A DNA stretch of 64,000 bases from Hamiltosporidium tvaerminnensis FI-OER-3-3 (Eukaryota; Fungi; Microsporidia): contig CM061256.1 of the NCBI GenBank assembly GCA_022605425.2, positions 558,001 through 622,000 on the forward strand, written 5' to 3'. Below are positions 23,995 through 34,240 of the stretch, piece by piece. How positions within the stretch are numbered: position 1 is the first letter of the stretch; each line of letters begins with the position of its first letter. A program made the position numbers and the translations under genes. A model generated the notes under the pieces. It did not search any database and was not told the origin of the DNA. It saw nothing but the letters and a program-made list of their open reading frames with translations.

Positions 23995-26000
23995 GAAGAG
24001 AATTTATATATATAAATTTGTTTTATACTAGACTTTAAGCTCGTAGAAACAAATTTTCTTTTACTTTTATAAAGAAAAGATACAGAGAGCAAACTCAAAC
24101 TTAATTATCTGAGCTAACGTTTCTTAACCTTTTCAATAAGAATTTCTTAGTCTCACCTGGTCTGTTTCTCGTAAATTTTTTAGTCTTTCATTTGCAAATT
24201 ATTACCCGCCTTGAGCAATTTACCAATTAAAACTTAAACCTTTTTAATAGCCTATTTCTCTTCTTCTTCTTAGTTACTTACATTTTTCAGAGCTTCGGCT
24301 CGGCTTTAATCTAATGTCCGGGGTGAAAAGTGTCTTTATGGTACTAAATATGCTTTAAAATCAAAAATTCAAAAAAATGCCCTTTTGAATGAGTTTTGGT
24401 TTTAATAAATTTATTAATTGTCTTGACTTCCATATAGTAACTCTTTTGTAAACAAAATGCAGTGCTTGTATTCTCTTAACAGGGTTCTTGTCAAAATCAT
24501 CATTCATTTTTATTTGTAGATGGTCAACATGTAAAAAGTAAGTTTCTGGTTTTAAGTTACCCTGCCTGACAACTATAAAAAAAGTCTTAAAATTTTTATA
24601 AACAGTTTATGGTTTTCTTAATAACCCACAAATGAGAACAATATCCTTTGATCAGGATATATTACAAAGGAATTGAAGGCATTAGTCAAAAAAATGAATG
24701 ATAAAGCCAAAAGTAATTTTATTGTAACCAAGGAACATATTTTAGGCAATGAAATCATTGTGGAAATGTGCGAATCTAAATTTGGTAAACGAAATTATAA
24801 TAGGGTTAGGGTTAGTTAAAAGAAAACCTGCTCGTGAAATAATCTCGATACCCATCTCTGATAGAACCAAAGAAACAATTACTTGCATAATCTAATAACT
24901 TTTGAAGCCAGGTAGTATAATCTATAGAGACCTTTCGAAAGGTTATAATGATTTTAAAAAATATTTTGATCACAAAGACGTAAATTACTCGCGCTGATTT
25001 TTGATCGAATCTCCAGTGTTCAGACCAACACTATTGAGAGAAATTTGTCTCCATTTAAGAAGTTTATTCCAATTCGATGGCGAAATGAATAAAAAATTTG
25101 GTTCACTGTATTATTTTCTGTTGGAAAAAGAAAATAGATTATTAGATGTAATGCCAAGATTGTTTAGCTCTTAATAAAGCTGTTTAAAATGTTCATTTCT
25201 TAAATTTGTCATTTTTTTTTCATTTACTTTATTGGTTAGTGTTAGAAAATAATATTAAATCAGGATTGTAAAGTTATAAATATAAATTTAAGAGTAATTT
25301 ATTAAATTTTCGTTTTCAAAGCGAATTTAGTATCATAAGGGAGCTTCTGCTCCTAATGTCTGTTCCCTCTTCCCCTATTTATGTCATTTTGTTCCTTTAT
25401 CTTGAAGAAAATTTTTGTTGTGATGTGTTTACTTTGTCTGTGAAAATTGTGTTTCCTAACGATATGCATATTTTTTAATTTATTTATGTATAAATTCATA
25501 TACATTTTAATTAAAATTCTTGCAATTTAATCAAGTCTAACATTCCACGAAGCTATTCAAGCAAAATTAGTTTGTGTAATTATAATTGAGAATATGAATG
25601 TCTTACACAAAAGCGTGTAAAAAAGGCATCAATGTTACCATATATTTGTTATGTTTCTGTAAATTATTAGAAACGAAATCATAAAAAAGTGATTTGTTTT
25701 TATTTTGAAATGAAAACGCCAGAAAAATCAAAAGAACCAATTTTATATGTTATTCTCGACTAATACAATTAGAAGAAAATTTATGAATTCTATTGCAAAT
25801 ATTTTTTTGAACCATTAGGATCTTTTTAATTGTTTTTTTTTTTCAGTTCTACTCCCTATTATTGGTTGGGTAACATTTATGAACAAATAGAAAGAGACAT
25901 GTCTTAATTAGAGCATTCTTATTGGTGTCTTATATTCCTTTAAGCAATTAAAAATTTTGAGGTAAGTTGTAGTCATTGGGAAATTTCTGAATCATATAAA
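23995..26000. repeat. Dispersed repeat family A, interrupted by a Merlin element
   Basis: 24000-24305 resembles 8815-9105 and 25360-26000 resembles ~9110-9770 (e.g. atttatgaacaaatagaaag, gagcattcttattggtgtcttatatt). Confidence 0.8.
24320..25353 (+). mobile_element. Merlin (IS1016/IS1595-like) DNA transposon, decayed
   Basis: ~50-bp imperfect TIRs beginning GG. 8-bp TSD taatgtcc (24312-24319) / taatgtct (25354-25361). Transposase remnants IIVEMCESKFGKRNYNR, PGSIIYRD..KGY and VQTNTIE. Confidence 0.88.
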
Positions 26001-26673
26001 TAATTGATTTCGTGGGCAATGAATAACCATGGAGGAATGGATTTAACAATCATTAATAAATGTCGTATCCATAACTCACTAGATCCATTATTTACTAAAA
26101 AAAATAATGCTAAAATGTGCTATGCGATCCCGAAAGCAATTGATAAAATTATAGCGGCTCAAAAAAATTTAAATTCAAGAATCCGCGAGAAACCATATTT
26201 ATTCGAGCGAAAACTTTTTAAACTATTTTGCTACCATGTAAAGCAACTCGGCAATGTCTCTAAGCTCTGAGCTAGTAAGGGGGAACGAGGTAAATTCAAT
26301 ACAGTCATAGATCACAATACAAATAAGTGTTTTAAAAATTAAATTAGATCCTGTTGTTAATTGTAACAAAATCGGGTTTATACCTTAAGATATTGCCATT
26401 TTGAAAAAAATTTTTATCAAACAAAAATACAAAAAAGAGATCATTATCATGTTTTTTGCTGTTATTTGACTATCTTTTATTTTTTTGGTTGTTATTCTTC
26501 ACTTAAAATTAAACAATGATGTGATATTATTAGAAAAAATATCTTAAAGAAGTATCAAGAATCTAATCAATTATAATTTAAATACTTTAATTTCTGTTTT
26601 TCTATTTTATTTTCTTTTTTACCTTCCATTTCATTTTGTATTTTATATTATTATTTAATATTTAATATTTAAG

Positions 26674-29022
26674 ACGCCTCAAGCCGATTGGTATTATTGT
26701 GGACTTACTTATCTGATACCTAAAGGTACACCAAAGACTGGCTCTGATTACAGACCAATAACTTGTATGTCAAACCTGTATAAACTGACTACAAAATGTG
26801 TCACTAAAGTGGTTCAGGTTGAGGTGGAAAGACGAGGATTACTTTCAGATAATCAGTTGGGAGCGGTTAGAGGAGTGCAAGGAGCGAAAGAACAGGCCCT
26901 ATTGAATATTGCCATTAATAAAGAGTACGGAAACAATCTTAAGGCAACATGGATTGATGTCAAAAAAGCTTATGATTCAATAGATCATGCTTATTTGACT
27001 CAATGCATTGAAAACCTTAATTTACCTGATTGGATCCTGAAATTTATTAAGGTAATTATATCAAAATGGAAAATTGATATATCAGTAGGGCCTGAAAAAA
27101 TCATGAGCAAGAAGATTGATAGAGGGATTCTGCAAGGAGATAGTTTGTCACCATTATTGTTTGTGTTGTGTATGGATCCATTGAGCCGAAAGCTTAATGA
27201 GAAATACACAAAAGTGACAATAAAGACAGATGCAGAATCCCACGCGACTAATCATCTTTTGTTTATTGATGATCTTAAGCTTCTTGCCGAAGATGGACAA
27301 ACATTGGAAGAAATGACAGAGGAGGTTAAAAAGTTTATGAATAATATAGGATTGGAAATTAACAAAGAGAAGTCAGCCACTAATGATCCATGTTGTGAAG
27401 ATACTGCTACTCTTCTTGAAGGAATAGGTGTTTATAAATACCTTGGAATTATAGAAGATAGCAGAGGAATTCCAACAAGTAAGTCGTTTGAGGAAGTACA
27501 GACCAAACTTATAGCACGAGTAGAAAGACTTTGTCGCACGAGATTAAATGCAAGAAATTTATTTCAAGCCATTAATCAACATGCAATTTCTTTACTAAAC
27601 TATCATATAGGTGTACTCCAACTTGAACCGGCTGACTTCTCTAAGTTAGATGATGCGGTGCGTGCAGTGTTAGTAAAGAACAAAATACATCTACGCCCAG
27701 GATGCAAAGAACGTCTATACCTTCCACGTAAAGAACTTGGAAGAGGTTTACATAGTGTCGAGTTCAAAAGCGAACATATGCTTTTGCAACTCTTGGATTG
27801 TCTGGAAAAACATAAAGATACATCGACCAGAAGAGCAGCAATCCTAAAGGTTGAGAATAATAATAAAACCCACCTTTCACTAATTAAAAACTTTTTAAAA
27901 ATAAAATACGGGTTGGAAGAGGAAGTCACAAAAAAGAAATTGGAAGAAGCTCAACTAGCTAACCTATATAACGAAATCAAAAACCGAAAACTACATTCAA
28001 AGTTATATAGCGCTAGAAATAACGAGCTGGTAAGTGTAAATGACTCCTCAAGATGGTTAAAGAAAGGAAGTGTAAGACCACGTGATGAAGCAGTGTTCTG
28101 TTATATCCAGGATAGAAATGTTTTCTGGGGTGCAGAAGGTATGTGTCAACACTGCAACCAGTCTAGGAAAACTGTTGATCACTTAGCAACGAGATGTGAA
28201 AAAATGCTTGGTCACGACTATACTAGACGACATAATGAAGTGGTACGATGTATACATTTACTCTTGCTGAATAAATATAAGTTTAAGTCTTCGAAACGAA
28301 TTAGAAGCCACTCAGTTCAAGAAATTCTTGATAACGAATATGCAGAGATAAGAGTGGACACCAGAATAAAAACTGATGTCAAGATCCGGTGTAACAGACC
28401 AGATATATTTATTTTAGACAAGAGACAGAATAGGATAACCCTCATTGAAGTAGGAATCACATCCCAAGACTCTCTTCAAATAGTTGAAACAGAGAAGCTT
28501 AGGAAGTATGACCTATTAGCAAATGAGTTAGGTCTTATTTATAAATGCAATGTAGAGATAATTCCTTATGTGATGACCTGGGATGGTATTGTGACAAAAT
28601 ACCATAAGACGTATGTTAAGAGACTGCAAATACCCATGAATGTAGAGGCATATATACAATCCATAGTACTCAAGAAGACAGTCGAAACAATTTCTTTTGA
28701 TCGACGAAGAGGACTTGAGTCTGGTCCAAATGCCGAGGAGAGCTGGGAGAGAGCATCATTAAGTGTTATCTTAGGAGCTGAGATGCATAAACAACCAATA
28801 CCCCCTTTAAAGCAAGTAGACAACGAGGAAGATGATGTTAAAACGGAAAATACAAAAAATATTTTACCCCTTATTTTGGATGGCATAACCACAGCAAAGG
28901 AACCAACAACTAATACAAATGAAGAGTTGGAGTTGGAGTTGGAGGAAGAGATAGAAGTGGTTGAAATGGTGGAAAGAATTATTTAAAAAGAAAAATTTGT
29001 TAACCCAGAATTTTATTAAATA
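26674..29022 (+). mobile_element. 5'-truncated, young copy of the R4/Dong-like RLE non-LTR retrotransposon
   Basis: Perfect 10-bp TSD aatatttaag (26664-26673 / 29023-29032). The reading frame is uninterrupted from the junction to 28986. Confidence 0.95.
26767..28986 (+). CDS. Reverse transcriptase + CCHC zinc knuckle + restriction-like endonuclease (N-terminally truncated; internal Met)
   Basis: RT motifs GILQGDSLSP and FIDD; CQHC..TVDHLATRC knuckle; RRHN; RPDIFILD..LIEVG..EKLRKYDLL PD-(D/E)xK nuclease. Confidence 0.92.
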   Translation: MSNLYKLTTKCVTKVVQVEVERRGLLSDNQLGAVRGVQGAKEQALLNIAINKEYGNNLKATWIDVKKAYDSIDHAYLTQCIENLNLPDWILKFIKVIISKWKIDISVGPEKIMSKKIDRGILQGDSLSPLLFVLCMDPLSRKLNEKYTKVTIKTDAESHATNHLLFIDDLKLLAEDGQTLEEMTEEVKKFMNNIGLEINKEKSATNDPCCEDTATLLEGIGVYKYLGIIEDSRGIPTSKSFEEVQTKLIARVERLCRTRLNARNLFQAINQHAISLLNYHIGVLQLEPADFSKLDDAVRAVLVKNKIHLRPGCKERLYLPRKELGRGLHSVEFKSEHMLLQLLDCLEKHKDTSTRRAAILKVENNNKTHLSLIKNFLKIKYGLEEEVTKKKLEEAQLANLYNEIKNRKLHSKLYSARNNELVSVNDSSRWLKKGSVRPRDEAVFCYIQDRNVFWGAEGMCQHCNQSRKTVDHLATRCEKMLGHDYTRRHNEVVRCIHLLLLNKYKFKSSKRIRSHSVQEILDNEYAEIRVDTRIKTDVKIRCNRPDIFILDKRQNRITLIEVGITSQDSLQIVETEKLRKYDLLANELGLIYKCNVEIIPYVMTWDGIVTKYHKTYVKRLQIPMNVEAYIQSIVLKKTVETISFDRRRGLESGPNAEESWERASLSVILGAEMHKQPIPPLKQVDNEEDDVKTENTKNILPLILDGITTAKEPTTNTNEELELELEEEIEVVEMVERII

Positions 29023-29339
29023 AATATTTAAGTAAGTTGTGGTTATAAAGATATATCTCACTTTTATTTTTTTGATGAATTAAAAAATTGGAAAAAATAA
29101 GTTAATGCAAAAAAAAACACAAAATGCATTAAATGATTATTAATTTAAAATGAATGCACTAGCTTTACCTTACCAATTTATTCCTAAAGTTTCTGCTCTG
29201 TTTATGCAATTTTTTTTACGAATTTTCGCAGGATAGGAGACAATATGAAACTACGTAAATAGCTTTAATCATGTTTTGTGCTTATTTCTTTTCAAATGCC
29301 ATAAAACACCTTATAGTAAGTTATAGATATCACAATAAA

Positions 29340-31524
29340 TGTCACCGCACGATAACCCTCCATGTTTGAGAAAATCCGTGTTTTTCCTACAAATTTATAA
29401 TGTTGATACACCCTTTATTTTTTCACATAGCCCTTTAGTTGCTGTACCCTTATAACTTATTGATTCCCCTTATTCCTATACATCTTCTTATTTTAGTTTC
29501 CTTTCCAATATTTCTTAGTCCGCCTTTCTTAAAATTTCTTTTGTGTAAACAAAAGAATGTTTTAATTACGATAAAATATCCAATAAAATTTATATTTTTC
29601 TTTTGAGATTTTTTTTTGCTTTTTTCAGTTAATTGCATTTGAAGTATTTGTAAAGCAAAATTTCGTTATAAAATTCGATATAGACATCAAACAACATAAC
29701 ATTGTATATAAATTTATTTGATGCTTTCATATTTTTTGTTTTTTTTTCTAAATATTCAGTTTATTTAAATAAAAATATAATGCAACCAAAATGCCAAAGA
29801 TTGTAAGTTGTAAAAATAGGCAAGAAAAAGAAATTCTTATTGCATATTTAACAACCGGTCACTATCCAGCTGAGTATTCCAAAGAAGAAAGAGGTGGTTG
29901 AGATAGAATGCAGAACGTTTTACTTTGCTCAGAGATGATATTTGTTTTAAAAGCGCGATAATCTTATAAGAGCCGTTTTGGGATTTGAAACTGCGTTGAT
30001 TATACAAATTATTCAAACAGAGCATGCTGTTGCACACATCGGAGTAAATAAAATGATGGCTTTGATTGCACAAAAATACTATTGATTCCCAAGGAATATA
30101 TAAAAGAGTGTGAAGCATGTAGTCGATTCGATTCTCTAAAAACAATTCAGCCAGTATATATAAACCATATTACCAAAAAATATGATCTATTTATGATGGA
30201 TTGTGTAGATCTCAGGAGAGATAGTGATCAAAATGATCAATATAGCTGGATTCTTGATGTAATCGACACATACACAAAACATCTCTGGAGCTTTAAGCTG
30301 ATTAATAAAACAGCGGAATTAGTAAGAGATTCATTAGAATTTTTATTTGACAACTTTGGTGTCCTAGGGGCAATACATTCTAATAAAAGTTGAGTGTTTA
30401 AAAATGCACTACTCAAAGCCTTTTTAACTGTTCTTAAGATCAAAATTATACGTGGAAGACCACGCAAGCTAAGGGCGCAAGGCCAAGTTGAACGTGTAAA
30501 TCAAACCATAAAAAGATAGCTAGCAAATAAATCGTAAGAAACAGGTTAAATAAGGTTAATTGAACAGACCAAAGATGTTATTTATGTATATAATAGAACA
30601 ATGCATAGTGCAACAAACAAATCTCCATTTATGCTTTTCTTCGGACAACCAGGTTTTAACAATCCTCTTTTTGGAAGTGTAATAGTACAAAACGAAGTCA
30701 GTACGATGGTACCTGCTATTGATATAGATCCTGGTATAGTTTTAGTCGAAGAGAATGCAGCGGATACACAATGGAACCTAGAAATCGCTTCAGATATACA
30801 TGAATAATTTACACCAACAGTAACAACCACAACCATCATAATAGATGATGATCTCGGATGCGATAATAATATTTGTTCGGATGTTGCTAAGCTATTAAAA
30901 AATTATAGAGAAAGATTATAGAAAGCAACGATTCAAATAGATTAAAGATATATTTGTTATTGGAGATCATGTTATGATAAAAAAAGACTTCGATATGAAT
31001 ACTAAGACTAAAAGGCGTTTTTTGACTCAATTTACGATAATTTGGTTTTTACAGTTACCGCTATTTTGATGAACAAATGATTGAAGTAAAAAACAATGAT
31101 GGTGACACAAGAACAGTTTTTAGTAGCGTAATAAAACGTAGTTAATTTAATTTCATTTGGTTTACATTGCAATTAAAATAGGCATTTTTTATTGTTTTAG
31201 TGGTATCATTAACGTTTTTATTTTTATTCTGGCAAAATTTGAAATATTTTTTTGGCGAGAAATTCAAGTTAAAAACTATATAAGCATTTTTTAAAGAGAC
31301 CCGTATTAAATTTAGACAAAAAATAACTTCCTTTTATTAAAATATATGGCCCTTCGGTAAAATATATGAAAATAACGGTGGTTCTATAATTTATTAGAAA
31401 TATCGGTGGTTCTATAATTTATTAGAAATAACGGTGGTTCTATAAATTATTAGAAATAAAGGGGTCTATAAATCCTTAGAAAATAAAGGGGGGTATATAG
31501 AAAATAACCGGGGCTCTATTGGAC
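29340..31524 (+). mobile_element. Ginger-like integrase-encoding DNA transposon, decayed
   Basis: tgtc...gaca candidate termini and a 28-bp subterminal tandem repeat (aaataacggtggttctataatttattag) at ~31370-31510. Integrase remnants without RT or LTRs. No TSD found. Confidence 0.65.
29791..31146 (+). pseudogene. Integrase-type (rve) transposase pseudogene
   Basis: H..H..C..C zinc motif (EHAVAHIGVNKM..ECEAC), CVDLRR, WILDVIDTYTK, RGRPR..AQGQVERVNQTIK and YN..MHSATNKSPF. Many stops and frameshifts. Confidence 0.85.
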
Positions 31525-31740
31525 AAGGGGAGAGTTTTGATCCGTGATAATAGATTTAAATACATTCAAAATTAAAGAAATCAGAATAATTACCTAATTA
31601 TTGGTTCAACTATATTATTGCAATAAATTTTGCTCTTACAAAGTTGATTTAGGTGGAACAATTTTCTTATATTAAGGCATAAAATTTTGGCTAAATATAC
31701 CCACCTCAAATTTGATCTTTTTGATAGTATTAATATAATA

Positions 31741-33498
31741 CTCCCTCTGTCCGGAAATATGGTATACATTTCAAAAAAAACCGTAGATTATCGTGAATAT
31801 AAAAAATAAATAGGCAACCGTTATGACATTGTCATAGTAAATATTCATGACAATATAACCTAAAATTTTTGACTTTAGTAATATTATTCTTAGTTAAAAA
31901 GTTGCCGCTCAAACATCAGTGTTTCTTAAGGTAAAATAAAATAGTGCCGCTGCAAGACGAATATGGAAAATGTGGAAGAAAATTTGTTAAATTCAGAAAA
32001 AAGAGATTCAAAATATAAACAGTTAACTAAAGAACGATGTCAGGTATTTTAGAAAAATTATTACAGCAGATGAAGGAGAATAAGTTAAAACACGGTGCCA
32101 TCAACAAAGTTTCTTATGCCTTTCAAGTTTCCCGGCTAACCGTTAGCAGAATTTGGCATGCAGCACAAACTCAATACAGAAAAGGCAAGATATATGCCGA
32201 TGTTTCTTCAAAAAAGAAAAAAAAGGTGCGGAAGAAAACCTAAAGAATATTCGAACAAATTAGCGCAAATAAAGAATACGCCATTAAATCGTCAAGGAAC
32301 GCCCCGCAGTCTTTTCTTTGCAATTGATATTCAAAAATCAACTTTGTTTGATATATTCAAGTCGGGAAAGTATATCAAGAGAATATCTTCTACAGTTAAA
32401 CCAACTTTAACAGATAAAAATAAAATGGACAGATTGAAATTTTGCTTGTCTAAAGTAAATCTTGCTAATAATGGAGATTTGCTTTTTGATGATTTGTACG
32501 ACTACGTTCACATTGATGAAAAGTGGTTTTATCTAACTAAAGTTAAGCGCTCTTATTACTTAATGTTAAACGAAGAAAACCCGGAGAGAAACTGCAAAAG
32601 TAAGCGATTTATTACGAAAATAATGTTCATGGCTGCAGTAGCTCGACCACGCTATGATGCACATCGAAAGCTTTATTTTGATGGGAAAATTGGAATATGG
32701 CCATTTGTTTATCAAGAACCAGCTCGAAGAAATTCTAATAATAGGGCTAAAGGTACAATGATAACAAAAAATGTGGAATCTGTTGCAGCAGTACATTGCA
32801 AAAACATGATCATTGATAATGTAATTCCCGCAATTAAATCTAAATTTCCGCCAGCAGACAAAAAGAAAATAATTTACGTACAACAAGACAATGTAAAACC
32901 CCATTTTTCTGATAATGATTCAGATATTGTCGCTCTTGGTTCTGCTGATGACTGGAATATTAAATTCAAGGCGCAACCGGCAAATAGCCCCGATTTAAAT
33001 GTTCTTTATTTAGGTTTTTTTCAACTCCATACAATCGCTGCAACATGAAGCTTCGCCACACACAATTGACGAATTAATAAATTGTGTTCAAGATGCATTT
33101 CATCAATTAGAAGCTAATACTCTCGATAACGTTTTTACAACATTGCAAGTATGTATGGAGTCAATTATGTTAGCAGATGGAAGAAATGGCTATAAAATAC
33201 CTCATATAAGTAAAGGAAAACTTCGTCGCGAAGGTCGACTGCTAGAAAAATATGTATGTTCGAAAGAATCATACGTTAAAGCCAAATCAAATTTCGAGTG
33301 AATTTATTAATTTTAATATGTATTTTTTTAAATTTTATTTAATATTTGCATTAATATTTATTAAAATGTTCGAAATAAAGGTAATAAATAAACTTGTCAT
33401 GTACATTTTTTGATTTATTTTATTTTTTCGCAAATGTATACCATATTTCCGGACAAAAAAATCGCTAAAATGTATATCATATTTCCGGACAGAGGGAG
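31741..33498 (+). mobile_element. DD39D mariner (plant/Stowaway-type TIRs) DNA transposon with TA TSD
   Basis: TIRs ctccctctgtccggaaatatggtatacattt / aaatgtatatcatatttccggacagagggag flanked by TA. An extra internal copy of the TIR core lies at ~33432-33455. Confidence 0.95.
31963..33301 (+). pseudogene. DD39D transposase pseudogene
   Basis: VHIDEKWFY, FMAAVARPRYD, FDGKIGIWPFV, QQDNVKPH and QPANSPDLNVL(Y)LGFF, with 39 residues between the second D and the mutated third D. Frameshifts near 32030, 32215 and 33020. Confidence 0.92.
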
Positions 33499-33514
33499 TA
33501 TTATATAGATTAGT

Positions 33515-34240
33515 GGAGGGAGGATAACCACATAAAAAACTTTCTGCTTGGCAATGAGTGTGTGAAACTGGTATGAAGATTATTGTTTGGTTTTTTGGTA
33601 GGAATACAACCACACTACATCTTCGGTTGTTCCATGGGAATTGTTATGAAGAGGAGAGGTTTAAGAAACGGCAAAACTTTTTCTGCAAATTTATTTGTAG
33701 TTTTTTATGCAACCAGATTGCAGACCGCAGCTGAACATGTAGGTAATTTCCATGTAAAAGCATGGAAACCTAGCCTTGCTCACTCGGGGTAGTAAGCTTA
33801 GCGCCTGGGAGATATAAAACAAAAAACCATTAAAAGCCGGGAGAGCTAAGTAGCAGGTTATACCTGTTGGTATGACATTGCACTGTATAGGTGGACCCCA
33901 TGTAAATCTCTGAAATATATCTTAGCTAGAAGTTTATTGGGTTCTGAAAGTGTAGAGTAAGTGGGAATGCTGCATAGTCTTGGGGGAGCCCAGGGGGGGC
34001 TTCGGCCTTCGATCACACTCCATGCAACGGACATTAACGAACTCCGGGCAACTGCCTCGCCCATTAATTGTGTTCTACACACCTGGTAGATAAAAGCTTT
34101 GGGACGAAGGTATCGCAGGGGTTACCGATGGAGTGTTGGAGTAGTAGTCATTTATGTTAACCCTAGAATTGCGTTAATGTCATAAAAACAAATATAACAC
34201 TTGCTACTATTTTAAAAAGATGTGATACTTTTAAATAAAG
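33515..34240 (+). mobile_element. Longest copy of a non-coding, hairpin-rich retroposon (family B, SINE-like)
   Basis: 33689-34240 is closely similar to 50373-50918. 33524-33556 matches the reverse complement of ~43938-43969. Ends in ttttaaataaag. The 5' boundary is approximate. Confidence 0.75.

Noticed and set aside
24801-24815. Telomeric repeat tagggttagggttag
   Set aside because: Arises inside the Merlin transposase relic where the NRG and LGLV codons are joined by a deletion; only ~2 units.
33858-34082. Protein-coding ORF shared by family B copies (also 50543-50734, 42381-42569)
   Set aside because: Antisense to the inferred RNA, non-ATG starts and frame not preserved between copies; shared only because of DNA similarity.
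33515-34240. Hammerhead or HDV ribozyme, rRNA or tRNA identity for family B
   Set aside because: No CUGANGA/GAAA core and no complete HDV pseudoknot or tRNA/rRNA motif could be mapped by eye.
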